From positions 1 to 35,203 of the IMG/VR virus record IMGVR_UViG_3300033555_000017: 35,203 nt of DNA; one strand, given 5' to 3'. The translations under genes and the position numbers were made by a program. This document shows, piece by piece, positions 15,294 to 24,571 of the stretch. This DNA is from a virus. The notes beneath the pieces were generated by a model. It was not told the DNA's origin. It did no database searches and saw nothing but the letters and a program-made list of their open reading frames with translations. Within the stretch, counting starts at the first letter, position 1, and the number at the start of each line of letters is the position of its first letter.

Positions 15294-17350
15294 TAGTATA
15301 TTTTATTAATCACCTTTAATAACTGACACTTGCAGGTGTCCTCCTTTGTTACGTTGAAATCTATTATCTTATTTAATCTGAAAACACTTCCATCAATATA
15401 GATCAGCTTGCTAAAGTCTAAATTGTAAATGTCCTTAAGGTTTAGTTTGAACGTGGCTGTTAACATTTTAGAATCTTTATCCGTTATCTCCGCCATGTAA
15501 CTGGAATGGTAAACGTTAAACTGGTTCACATTTAAAGCTCCTGTTGTTAGTTGATAAAGTAATTCTTGAGGCGTTCCGAAGTTTATATCATTAGCTGGTG
15601 CATCCGGATTATCAAAATGCCCGGCGTAAGCATACTCCGTTAAGGTTGCTAAAATCGTTACACCGTCATCACCTAAAATATTATAGGAAGAAACACCTAA
15701 TACTCTTTTGGCTTGTAATATTCTTAAATTACTGTCTATACTTTCTTCTACTGGTGCTGAATCTGGGCCCGTTCGTTTAAAGATTGTGGAATAGACTTTT
15801 TGCTGACCACCGTAACCCACCAAAACCGTTGGGCTAAATATCAACTCTAATCTCTCGGTCTCATTAGCAAACTCAAACTGACTATCATAAATAAAAGAAC
15901 CATAACTTAAATTATATCTTTTTTTGTAGGCTTCATTATAAAAATCGCTATCATCTTTAAACGCAAACTCATAGTATCGTGAGTTTAATTCGCTCATAGG
16001 CTTAACGCTAATCGCACTACCTCTGTCAATCTTTTGGCTCCAGTCTATTGTTAAAGCATTAGCGTAAAAATCAACAAAGGGTTTAATCAGTAAAAGCTTA
16101 TCCGTTTCCCTATCTTCAAAAATGTATAGATTGAAAAGTTTAATGATTGAACTGATAAAGTCTTTTTGTAGAATGTTCTTTGGTAGCGTGTCATTCATTA
16201 TCAACGCATCGTTAAGGTTTACGTTTACCGTTGTGGTTGCGTTTCCTGTGGCTAAAAAATTACAAACATTAACATCTAAAGAGCCTACACTTGTAAACGA
16301 TGCAAAGGTATATCTAACAAAAACGTCTAATACATCATTAGGGTTTATGATGAAATTGTTTTCTACATAAGTAAACTCATAAGGAGTTATTGTTTCATTA
16401 TTGCCTAATAAAATGTTTTCCTGAATAACTACATTGTTTTTTCTTAATTCTATTGAATAGGTACTTCCATCACTTGATAGTTGATAGATGCCACTAATGA
16501 GAATGTTTAAGTTTATTGATGTCGATGTTGCTCCAATATATTTAAAACTGCCACCTGAATAAGTAAAGTCTGTAATTGATTTATTATCAAATTGAACTCT
16601 AATTGAAAAGCCAACATTAAAGGTAGTGCTTAAGCTTGCCGTTATTAAGTTATTGCCCTGCTTAGTTAAACTCTTCCTGTTAAACGGAACTATTAAACCT
16701 TTAAATCTAGCGGTGTTAAATAGATCACTTTTATATTTATAACCAGTTCCGGCAAAGATTTTATCAATATATTCCTTTACGAATAAAGCTGGCCGGAATG
16801 TTCTGTACTTCCAATTATGTTTTGCGGTTGAATAGGTTCCGTAATCAATTAACGGGTAGTAATATCCCAATCCTGCATTGAAGTTGTTGGCACTTGATAC
16901 GATATTGGCTGCTGAATAAGTATGGTTATGTTCGCTAAAGTCTAAATCTTCTAGCTTCTTATTTCCTAACTTAGCCACAAACCCACCGAGCTCACCAAAT
17001 ACACTAACCTCGTATTCAACAAATCCATTGTCTATGATAACTTCCATTAATCGTAACACACCTTTAAATGCTTGCATGTTATCTTGGAAAATATAAGCTT
17101 GCGCACTTATCGCTGCGTTAAAGTTTAACCCTTTGTTTGGTAAAGTAGATGAATAGTCATTGCTTCCGCTCACCTCAAAGATATTTCCAAATAAAGCATT
17201 GTTTAATTTAGTGCCGGGTAAGATGATTGTTTTGCTGAACGTGGTTTCTCTACTGCCGAAATTGGTAATATCATCAATAGCAAAAGTTAAAAGACTACTA
17301 AACGTCTGGTTAATATCTGCTTTTTGATTTTCAATGAATAGCTCTATCAT
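15293..17350 (-). CDS. Large virion protein (tail tip, baseplate or nozzle candidate)
   Basis: 685-aa ORF, N/F/Y/S-rich and beta-like. It is start/stop coupled to both neighbours. Coding is near certain; the function is assigned by size and position only. Confidence 0.35.
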   Translation of the reverse strand: MIELFIENQKADINQTFSSLLTFAIDDITNFGSRETTFSKTIILPGTKLNNALFGNIFEVSGSNDYSSTLPNKGLNFNAAISAQAYIFQDNMQAFKGVLRLMEVIIDNGFVEYEVSVFGELGGFVAKLGNKKLEDLDFSEHNHTYSAANIVSSANNFNAGLGYYYPLIDYGTYSTAKHNWKYRTFRPALFVKEYIDKIFAGTGYKYKSDLFNTARFKGLIVPFNRKSLTKQGNNLITASLSTTFNVGFSIRVQFDNKSITDFTYSGGSFKYIGATSTSINLNILISGIYQLSSDGSTYSIELRKNNVVIQENILLGNNETITPYEFTYVENNFIINPNDVLDVFVRYTFASFTSVGSLDVNVCNFLATGNATTTVNVNLNDALIMNDTLPKNILQKDFISSIIKLFNLYIFEDRETDKLLLIKPFVDFYANALTIDWSQKIDRGSAISVKPMSELNSRYYEFAFKDDSDFYNEAYKKRYNLSYGSFIYDSQFEFANETERLELIFSPTVLVGYGGQQKVYSTIFKRTGPDSAPVEESIDSNLRILQAKRVLGVSSYNILGDDGVTILATLTEYAYAGHFDNPDAPANDINFGTPQELLYQLTTGALNVNQFNVYHSSYMAEITDKDSKMLTATFKLNLKDIYNLDFSKLIYIDGSVFRLNKIIDFNVTKEDTCKCQLLKVINKIY

Positions 17351-18501
17351 CTAAATTGAGTTTTAAATTCATTGCCTAAATCCACGTTAAGGGTAAGAAG
17401 GTTTAAACCATCAAAGGTGTTAATCTTAGCTTCATAGTTTGAATCTTTTATCTGGATAGGATATAAAGTATTTTGAAACTCTAAGTAGATCATAGGAGAT
17501 GCCACTAATTGATAAAGCCACTCCCACTCTGAATCTGTCAGGAAATCAGAGTTAAGGATAAGGCTTTCTTTAATTCTATTGCCGAACGTTGTTATCTGTT
17601 CGTTTAAAACTTGATTGTTTTGATAAGTCACAACCCCTGTATCGCTTATCCTGTAATCTTGTTGGTTAAACTTTTTACGGTCAAACTCTTTTAATTTCTT
17701 TGTTACCTTAGAAAATACAAAGGTTTCAAATAAACCCGCCTTGTTTAAAAAGTGTATAGGGTATTGAACAAGCAAAGGCTCACAAACTATTTTAATAGTA
17801 TAAATAGTTCCTGCAATGTTTACGGTGTAGCTTTCTGTTGCGCTTGTTATGGTTCCCGGATATTCTGAATTAATCGCACCCGGTGAAACGTTTATAAGTT
17901 GCCCGCTTATTGATTGAGTTGGTGTGATCGTTTTAACGTTGGCTCCAATGGTTACAGTAAAAGGAGTGATATTAGACGCTAAATAAGGGATGAATAACCT
18001 GGTATTACTAAAAAATGAGTTAACTGCTAAAGGTCGGTTAGTGCTGGTTTTATTTAAGAACCCTAATATAAAATCAAAGGTGTAATTGAAACCCGCTTGA
18101 CTTGTAATATCCGTAAAGGTTGAGTTATAATAATTGTAGAACGTTCTGGATGAATCTTCTAAAACTACCGCTCCGATTGTGCCGTTGTATTCCTCACGTA
18201 TTTTAATAACCGTATTGATGATAAAATCATTTACACCCATTTCCTGTGCTCGTATTCCTGTTGCCGGGCTTAACTTGGCCTGTACGTATTCACGAATGAT
18301 TGAACTCAATTCAAAAACACCTACGTTACTTGTTGGTCTCGGAAATACTCTGGATGTGAAAACCTTAATCCCACTTATGAATAATTCAGCTACGTACTTG
18401 TAGTTTTTAAAAGCCGGATTTATTGAGTTTAAATCGTAAACAGTCCAAATAGCATTGGCGTTGCATGTTGGATAGTCTTTGGGTACGGATACAAAGTTCA
18501 T
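17347..18501 (-). CDS. Virion protein (tail-associated candidate)
   Basis: 384-aa ORF with an ATGA overlap to the downstream 685-aa gene. Confidence 0.35.
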   Translation of the reverse strand: MNFVSVPKDYPTCNANAIWTVYDLNSINPAFKNYKYVAELFISGIKVFTSRVFPRPTSNVGVFELSSIIREYVQAKLSPATGIRAQEMGVNDFIINTVIKIREEYNGTIGAVVLEDSSRTFYNYYNSTFTDITSQAGFNYTFDFILGFLNKTSTNRPLAVNSFFSNTRLFIPYLASNITPFTVTIGANVKTITPTQSISGQLINVSPGAINSEYPGTITSATESYTVNIAGTIYTIKIVCEPLLVQYPIHFLNKAGLFETFVFSKVTKKLKEFDRKKFNQQDYRISDTGVVTYQNNQVLNEQITTFGNRIKESLILNSDFLTDSEWEWLYQLVASPMIYLEFQNTLYPIQIKDSNYEAKINTFDGLNLLTLNVDLGNEFKTQFR

Positions 18502-19103
18502 TAATTCAAATTATTTATAATATCAATTTTTAAAGCCTTACCTATTTCTTCTGCAACTATATCTTCGATTGAATTAGTTGCTTTAGGAATAAACTTACGT
18601 GGTGCAATGCCTTGTCTTTTAATCATGAATGCAACTGATTTAGCTTGTTGGGTTGCTGCATCCGATATGCTTCTTTTACTTCTTTGAGATTGTATTCTAG
18701 TAGTTTGACCTTTGATAGTTAGCCACTCTTTGACATCCTTAATCATTTGTTTAGAAACGCCCTTGCCTTTAAATGCAAATTGACCGCCTCTGTTCTTCGC
18801 CCAACCATCAACACCACCACTAACAAACTCCATGTACTTATCCATCGCAATTTCAACCTCGTAAAGTGATCCATTAACTTTAACACCTAATGATTCGATG
18901 CTGTTGATTCCCCTACCCGATGAACTTGCTTTTGATTGGTCGGCTTCTTGTGCTAAGAATAAAGCGTATTGAGCGCCTAAATAATTAACGGTTTGAACCA
19001 AGTCGGTTAATTCAATAGTCTTAAAGTCCTGGCTACCTAATAAATCAATGTCTTGGATATTAGCCTTATGAAGTTGTGAACTACTTATTGTTTGCTTTGC
19101 CAT
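18501..19103 (-). CDS. Hypothetical virion protein
   Basis: 200-aa ORF with a 1-nt overlap to the next gene. Confidence 0.4.
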   Translation of the reverse strand: MAKQTISSSQLHKANIQDIDLLGSQDFKTIELTDLVQTVNYLGAQYALFLAQEADQSKASSSGRGINSIESLGVKVNGSLYEVEIAMDKYMEFVSGGVDGWAKNRGGQFAFKGKGVSKQMIKDVKEWLTIKGQTTRIQSQRSKRSISDAATQQAKSVAFMIKRQGIAPRKFIPKATNSIEDIVAEEIGKALKIDIINNLN

Positions 19104-19720
19104 TTCTCATAACTTGCTTTGCTCTTTAAATAACTCATTGCGTTTAATGCTTGGATAATATTAATGTCGTAAGCATCATTTAATTTAATACCTTCATAAT
19201 CTGCAACCTCTTTAGTCGAGTACATCCAACCGTAACGTTCAGGAAACACATGTTTCTTTTTTGGTTCTTCCACTTCTTCCTGTTCAAACAACCCGGCATA
19301 ACTTTCAATCAAATCTTTAAACGATTCAATAAACTGATAGACCTTATCATGAACCTTTTTAATGTCAACCTTTAAAATCTTATCAGCATCTTTTTTATGT
19401 TCTTTCCGTTTCTTTAAAATGGAAGCTGCAATTAAATGTATGTTTAGTATCGGGTCACTTTTAAGCCAATGCTGGCATTCTATAAATTGACCTAATGTTA
19501 TTTTACTTGCATCTACTTCTAACTTTAAAGAAAGTAAACCTTGCTTTGTATCTATTCTTTTATTCAGCTTTTTAATGTGCTTTTCAATAGGCACCTCACT
19601 TAAGAGTAGTTCTGTATAGTCTAATCCAAAAACCTCGGCAAGCATTAAACAAACCTTTTCAGTTTCATTAGTTGTTATGCTTTGGATAGAGTAAACTCTT
19701 TGGAAACCCTCTACTGTCAT
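19085..19720 (-). CDS. Hypothetical protein (first gene after the packaging block)
   Basis: 211-aa ORF, helical and acidic. Confidence 0.4.
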   Translation of the reverse strand: MTVEGFQRVYSIQSITTNETEKVCLMLAEVFGLDYTELLLSEVPIEKHIKKLNKRIDTKQGLLSLKLEVDASKITLGQFIECQHWLKSDPILNIHLIAASILKKRKEHKKDADKILKVDIKKVHDKVYQFIESFKDLIESYAGLFEQEEVEEPKKKHVFPERYGWMYSTKEVADYEGIKLNDAYDINIIQALNAMSYLKSKASYEKWQSKQ

Positions 19721-19755
19721 AATGTAAAAAAATAGCTAAATAATTAAGTTTGGGT

Positions 19756-20529
19756 TTAAAATAGTTTTTGTTGGGCTACATGGTTGTTAATTCTTTCATT
19801 TATAATGTCAAAGTATTTTTTTTCCTTTTCCATTAAAATATAATTTCTATTAGTATTTATACAAGCTATTGCGGTTGTACCCGAACCCGCACAATTATCT
19901 AAAATCGTTTCGCCCTCATTGGTGTAGGTTTTTATTAAGTATTCAAATAAAGCAACTGGTTTTTGTGTAGGGTGTTTGCCTTCCTGCTTTTCTTTTGATA
20001 CAGGCGTAACCCCATTAATAGAGATTACTGATTTAGGAAATTTCTTTTTCCCTTCATACCATCCTTTACTTATATTTTTACCGCCTCCTACCGCAGGAGA
20101 AGGGCATACAAAGTCATGCTTCCTCATTTTCTTCATTTCAACTTCTGTGAAGTTTATCATTTGAGGATTATATATTGACTTATTTAAAGCAAATACTAAA
20201 ATATTTTCATGTGATTTCATAGGTCGATAAGACGACAATGCTCCGCCTGTCGCTGTGTTTTTACTCCAAATCCACTCGTATTTAAAATATTTCCTGTTGC
20301 TGTTAATTAAGTCAGTTGTAAAAGGTTGTGAAGCTGTTAACACTATAGCACCATTATCTTTTATAACTCTTTCGTACTGCTCCCAAAGTTTATCAAAAGG
20401 GATAATCACATCCCATTTACAAGCGGTTGTTCCATAAGGCAAATCACAAAGTATCATATCAACTGACTTATCAGGAATGTCTTTCATCCCGATTAAGCAA
20501 TCTTTATTATAAATGGTGTTAAGCTCCAT
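19756..20529 (-). CDS. DNA methyltransferase (N6-adenine/N4-cytosine, beta-class, N6_N4_Mtase type)
   Basis: The catalytic motif DLPYG lies near the N-terminus. HPTQKP and the AdoMet motif DNCAGSGTT lie near the C-terminus. Confidence 0.85.
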   Translation of the reverse strand: MELNTIYNKDCLIGMKDIPDKSVDMILCDLPYGTTACKWDVIIPFDKLWEQYERVIKDNGAIVLTASQPFTTDLINSNRKYFKYEWIWSKNTATGGALSSYRPMKSHENILVFALNKSIYNPQMINFTEVEMKKMRKHDFVCPSPAVGGGKNISKGWYEGKKKFPKSVISINGVTPVSKEKQEGKHPTQKPVALFEYLIKTYTNEGETILDNCAGSGTTAIACINTNRNYILMEKEKKYFDIINERINNHVAQQKLF

Positions 20530-20572
20530 AATTTATCTTTTAACTGATTCAATTAGTAACATTTGTCTTAAA

Positions 20573-21781
20573 CTAAGCAAAACTATATTTGCCCTGTGAA
20601 TGCGCTGTTTTATATTTATGAACTGCCAAAGCTAAAGAACATACACAATCATCATGTACGCCTGATGGTGCCGTATATTTAACCCCTGTTCGTGTATATT
20701 CATATTCAAAGGTTTCAAGCTCATCTACTATAATCCCCTCTGGAAACGTCATTGCTCTTTTTTGTATTTGAACTGCCAACCCTTCCATTATCTGTTGTTT
20801 ACTTTGGGATGAAAACCTAAACATTTCAACCTCACGATGCCTTGCGATTTCTTCTGCAATCGGATCACCTACACCAGTACTATCAATAGCAATCGGAATT
20901 CCTCTTGTTAAGTTTATTATAAATTGTGTTGTTTGCTTCCAGTCTTTTTGGAACCTCTCAATAAAACAAACGTTTTGGTTTTGGTCTAATCCAATGATAA
21001 CCGTATAATCGAATGACTTTGCTAAATCTATCCCAAAGCAAACGGGCGGAGAACTTGACAAAGGAAATATACATTGCCTAATTGCGGAACTCCCAAAAGG
21101 ATTGGTTCCATCCTCGGCAGGTTCGGCTAAGTAAAGCTCTTTAAAAACCGCCTCTGGTAAATCTCTTTTAGCTTCGTTTATTTCAAGTATAAAATCTCGA
21201 CCATCTTTGGTCTGCATCCCGGCATCGGCTGCGTCATAAGCTGTGATTTTAAAATACTCATAACCTTCTTCACCTTGCTTTGCTTTTAATCCTAAACGAT
21301 AACCCCAATTCTTTTTACCTTTAACGTTACCTATAAACTTACACTTAGCACCTGTACTGGTTAAAGTAGAACGTAAAGCAAACCATGCATCCTCTCTTGC
21401 TCTGGTGAACTCATCAAACACCGCAGCGTAAACATCCTCACCAAAAAGATTATCAGGCTTTTCGGCTGTTTTAAATTCAATGATACCGCCTGTGATTAAA
21501 GTTATCGTTCGGTTGGTTTCGTTTGATTTAAAGAAGTCTTTATCGGTGATTTGGGTTTTCATCCTGTCATAAGCTATTTTAGCCTGACCTATCGTTGGTG
21601 CTATCCACCAAACCCGTTGATTGGTTTTAATTTTTAATGCTTCTTCAAATATCCAAATGATGTGACTTGCGGTTTTACCTACTTTGGTAGCTGCCTCTGT
21701 TACTGTAAACCTTGCCTTACTATCTAAAATTAACTTTTGATAGGGATAGAGGAACGGTCTTAAGTAGTTTATTTTAGGCAT
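20573..21781 (-). CDS. terL: Terminase large subunit
   Basis: Walker A is TEAATKVGKT and Walker B is YAAVFDEF. C-terminal nuclease-type acidic motifs are GIDLAKSFDYTV, DSTGVGD and VHDDCV. Confidence 0.9.
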   Translation of the reverse strand: MPKINYLRPFLYPYQKLILDSKARFTVTEAATKVGKTASHIIWIFEEALKIKTNQRVWWIAPTIGQAKIAYDRMKTQITDKDFFKSNETNRTITLITGGIIEFKTAEKPDNLFGEDVYAAVFDEFTRAREDAWFALRSTLTSTGAKCKFIGNVKGKKNWGYRLGLKAKQGEEGYEYFKITAYDAADAGMQTKDGRDFILEINEAKRDLPEAVFKELYLAEPAEDGTNPFGSSAIRQCIFPLSSSPPVCFGIDLAKSFDYTVIIGLDQNQNVCFIERFQKDWKQTTQFIINLTRGIPIAIDSTGVGDPIAEEIARHREVEMFRFSSQSKQQIMEGLAVQIQKRAMTFPEGIIVDELETFEYEYTRTGVKYTAPSGVHDDCVCSLALAVHKYKTAHSQGKYSFA

Positions 21782-22443
21782 TAAACTGCTATCTGAAACA
21801 GGCTTGTTTGTGCCGTATGGTTTTTAATTCTTTTCATTGCTGAATCGTAGTAGTCTAAATCTAATTCGCAAGCTGTTAAATCAAAACTGTAATCATGGCA
21901 GGCTATTGCTATACTTCCAGAACCTAAATGAGTATCGAGGATTTTGTCTCCTGGTTTGGCGTATTTGTCTAAAAGCCATTTGTATAACGCTGCAGGTTTT
22001 TGGGTTGGATGAATACGGGTTTCTTTGTTCTTCATGTCGCCTTGTAACATCCCATGCCATCTAAATTCTATTTTTCTAACTGCTGTTTTAAAACTACAAT
22101 AAGCTATTTCACAATCAGCAAAATCATTTTCGCCATTCAATTTATCCCAAATCACCCAACAACTACTGTTAGCTTTTGGTATGTTTTCAATAAAATGGTT
22201 TGCACCCCAAATGATTTGATTTTTAGATACTCTTTTTAATTCATTAAAATAATCTTGGTTTGGTGCTGAATCATCCCAATTTTTATTCCCGTAATTTTTT
22301 GATTTCCCTAGTTTACTTCTGCTTTTATTGTCGTTAGAACTTTCTCCAATCCCATAAGGCGGGTCAACTATCGCTAAATCAAAATACTTATTAGGGTATC
22401 TTGACATTAATTGCATATTATCCTCGTTTGTAATGGTCAGCAT
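21781..22443 (-). CDS. DNA N6-adenine methyltransferase (DPPY class)
   Basis: Motifs IVDPPYGIG, HPTQKP and DTHLGSGS are present. The stop overlaps the terL ATG by 1 nt (TAATG). Confidence 0.85.
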   Translation of the reverse strand: MLTITNEDNMQLMSRYPNKYFDLAIVDPPYGIGESSNDNKSRSKLGKSKNYGNKNWDDSAPNQDYFNELKRVSKNQIIWGANHFIENIPKANSSCWVIWDKLNGENDFADCEIAYCSFKTAVRKIEFRWHGMLQGDMKNKETRIHPTQKPAALYKWLLDKYAKPGDKILDTHLGSGSIAIACHDYSFDLTACELDLDYYDSAMKRIKNHTAQTSLFQIAV

Positions 22444-22503
22444 TTTGATTTTGTTTGTCTCCGTCCTGTGGGCATAGTATCCTTACGTATGTTTAAAGGC
22501 GGT

Positions 22504-22914
22504 TTATAGTTTTAAACTTACATCGTAATCTTTAACGGTTACGGTTGTGTCTTGTTTCTCAACTAAGCCTAACTTTTTGGCTATGATGTTAGCATTAAAC
22601 AAACCTACACTTGCTCCTTTGAAGTTTTGAACAAAGCAATTTTGTCTTATACGTGTAATGATAGGGCGATACGCTGCATAGCTTTCATTATTACCATTAG
22701 AATAATCTCCCAAATCTTGGATAATATCCAAATCAGCCACATAACATTGGAAGCCTTCAAAGGTTATAGGAACTTGTAACGGTGTGTTTACTTGGTCACC
22801 ATCTTTACCTACGTATTCAACTTTAAACATTGGATTGTTCTTTTCGTTAGCTACGTACATTATGAATAATTCCCAAAGCTTTTCGGGAGTTTCAATGTAT
22901 TTAGTTTTTGACAT
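22504..22914 (-). CDS. terS: Terminase small subunit (gp3-type DNA-packaging protein)
   Basis: 136 aa. The pattern TPEKLWELFIMYV...PITFEGFQCYV...LFNANIIAKKLGL is typical of small terminases of this type. The gene lies upstream of terL. Confidence 0.65.
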   Translation of the reverse strand: MSKTKYIETPEKLWELFIMYVANEKNNPMFKVEYVGKDGDQVNTPLQVPITFEGFQCYVADLDIIQDLGDYSNGNNESYAAYRPIITRIRQNCFVQNFKGASVGLFNANIIAKKLGLVEKQDTTVTVKDYDVSLKL

Positions 22915-23059
22915 TGTTTTCTTCTTTAAACTTTAAGTATAATTCAACAAGGGTAAAATATCCTTCATCATTTTTAAAAATACGAGGGCCTTCCACATCG
23001 ATTACTTTAAAATATTTATTTATCCAATTATTAAATAATTCAATTTCTTCTTTGTTCAT
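22901..23059 (-). CDS. Small hypothetical protein (52 aa), paralogue of 23066..23227
   Basis: Not in the track. Translation: MNKEEIELFNNWINKYFKVIDVEGPRIFKNDEGYFTLVELYLKFKEENNVKN. It overlaps the terS start by 14 nt. Confidence 0.45.
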   Translation of the reverse strand: MNKEEIELFNNWINKYFKVIDVEGPRIFKNDEGYFTLVELYLKFKEENNVKN

Positions 23060-23065
23060 TATTTT

Positions 23066-23227
23066 TTAATTGAGGGATTTGACATAATCTTTATATATAA
23101 AAAATAAATAATCAGTAGTAGCGTATCCTTCTTCATTTTGCCAAATATGCATACCTTCCTGTATATTGTGTAATCTATAATGATTTTCGGCTAACCATTC
23201 AGCAAATTTGATAGCTTCTTTGTTCAT
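23066..23227 (-). CDS. Small hypothetical protein (53 aa), paralogue of 22901..23059
   Basis: Not in the track. Translation: MNKEAIKFAEWLAENHYRLHNIQEGMHIWQNEEGYATTDYLFFIYKDYVKSLN. Its ATG shares one base with the upstream stop (TAATG). Confidence 0.45.
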   Translation of the reverse strand: MNKEAIKFAEWLAENHYRLHNIQEGMHIWQNEEGYATTDYLFFIYKDYVKSLN

Positions 23228-23505
23228 TACTTTTCAGGTTCAACAATCATTTTCATGTATTGAGTAGTTAACTTACTTGGATTAACATACTCTGGCGTTG
23301 GCTTACTTAAGTACACAAAAGTGATCATACCATTAATACAGTCCTGACATTCTTTAATTTGAAAAGTAATTTCAGGATTAATTTCTTTAGCTATTCTTAA
23401 CAGCGTTTCGGCTTGATAGTCTGAAACATGTTTAGGCGCTCCTTCGTTAATCGCTTCGATTAGATACTTGTTATCTTCTAAAAAATTTATATCGGATTTC
23501 TTCAT
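23227..23505 (-). CDS. Hypothetical protein
   Basis: 92-aa ORF. Confidence 0.5.
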   Translation of the reverse strand: MKKSDINFLEDNKYLIEAINEGAPKHVSDYQAETLLRIAKEINPEITFQIKECQDCINGMITFVYLSKPTPEYVNPSKLTTQYMKMIVEPEK

Positions 23506-23953
23506 TTTCTTTGTATTTATTTTTAGCTCTTTTTACTGCTCTGCGGATTGAATCCTGTGGGATTAAAGTTTGTTTGCTTACTGATAAGGCGTTGCATTCG
23601 TGTTCGCTGTATAACGTCAGTAACTCTTTATCAAACCAGTAAATGTTGTTTAGGTTGATTGAATCTTCTTCAACGTCTTTTGTTTTGTTTTGGAGGTTTA
23701 TCCATTCATCATCGTCTAAAAGGATTTCAACACTTTTTAATCTGTTATAATTAAAATTACTATGTGAAAATTTAATTGTGCAATGGATAACTTTGAAAAT
23801 ATAGTTTACCAGTTTCTTTTGTTCTTGTAAATGAATTATAAAATCGTCGGGTTTTCCTAGTAGTAACTCAAAACAATGCTGGACCGCATCTTCATCAAAC
23901 TTATGCTTGATTATCTCGATGTAGGCTAACTCGATTGCTTTGTTTTTAGTCAA
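23471..23953 (-). CDS. Divergent ECF/sigma-70-like transcription factor (late-gene activator candidate)
   Basis: 160 aa. EDAVQHCFELLL resembles sigma region 2.2 (AEDxxQExFLKL). ELLTLYSEHECNALSVSKQTLIPQDSIRRAVKRAKNK resembles the region 4 HTH. The gene sits at the early/late boundary. Confidence 0.4.
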   Translation of the reverse strand: MTKNKAIELAYIEIIKHKFDEDAVQHCFELLLGKPDDFIIHLQEQKKLVNYIFKVIHCTIKFSHSNFNYNRLKSVEILLDDDEWINLQNKTKDVEEDSINLNNIYWFDKELLTLYSEHECNALSVSKQTLIPQDSIRRAVKRAKNKYKENEEIRYKFFRR

Positions 23954-23996
23954 AGTTTACTTATTTTTAATAAAGTTAGATAAATTTTGTTACCTT

Positions 23997-24413
23997 TTAA
24001 ACAAATAAAGTTTTATTTAATTTTTTGTACTTATAAATAATTTCGATTAGGGAAAATCTATCCCACTTGAAATTTCCGTTTTGCATTTCTAAAAGTTCTA
24101 TCTCGTCTAATCCGATCTTGTTGATTAGGTTTGAACGGTAATTAACTAAGTTGCCATGTAAATGGTAATTACATTTAATACATTGACCGTGAACGTTTCT
24201 TTCGTTAAACCTTAAAGCTGAATGATTGCCGGCACTTAAGTAATGACCAGCGTTTAACTGTTCGGTGTCTTTAGTGCTTTGGCAGGATATACATTTAAAA
24301 TATCCGCTTTGTGTGTCTCGTTTCCTGATGAACTCATTAAAGCTTTTAGTTGCTAGTTTGATTAACCAGGGGATAGGTCGGTCTTTATATTTTTGTATCT
24401 CGTTTGCTGTCAT
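23997..24413 (-). CDS. ninG: NinG/Rap-family recombination endonuclease
   Basis: FNEFIRKRD...CISCQS...NAGHYLSAGNHSALRFNERNVHGQCIKCNYHLHGNLVNYR matches the lambda NinG pattern. Confidence 0.75.
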   Translation of the reverse strand: MTANEIQKYKDRPIPWLIKLATKSFNEFIRKRDTQSGYFKCISCQSTKDTEQLNAGHYLSAGNHSALRFNERNVHGQCIKCNYHLHGNLVNYRSNLINKIGLDEIELLEMQNGNFKWDRFSLIEIIYKYKKLNKTLFV

Positions 24414-24571
24414 TTTAAATTTTGTTTAGAAACACCTCTAAAAAATGTGTCATTTCTTTTTTCAAATTTATCAATAACATCTTGAGGGTTTTTCCTTGTT
24501 GTTATTGTGGTGTTGCTATCTAATTTAATTACATAGCTTCCATCGGGTTTTTGGGTTATTATTGGTTTCAT
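24410..24571 (-). CDS. Hypothetical protein (53 aa from the ATGA-coupled start; the track ORF extends to 24595)
   Basis: The internal start MKPIITQ at 24571 forms an ATGA overlap with the upstream stop. Confidence 0.45.
   Translation of the reverse strand: MKPIITQKPDGSYVIKLDSNTTITTRKNPQDVIDKFEKRNDTFFRGVSKQNLK

Noticed and set aside
20555-20566. The 12-mer AGTAACATTTGT, shared between the spacer after terL (20555..20566) and the spacer after dnaB (25743..25754), considered as a regulatory motif.
   Set aside because: Of the order of a hundred exact 12-mer coincidences are expected in a 35-kb AT-rich sequence. Orientation and distance to the downstream starts differ (26 against 42 nt). It is kept only as a note.
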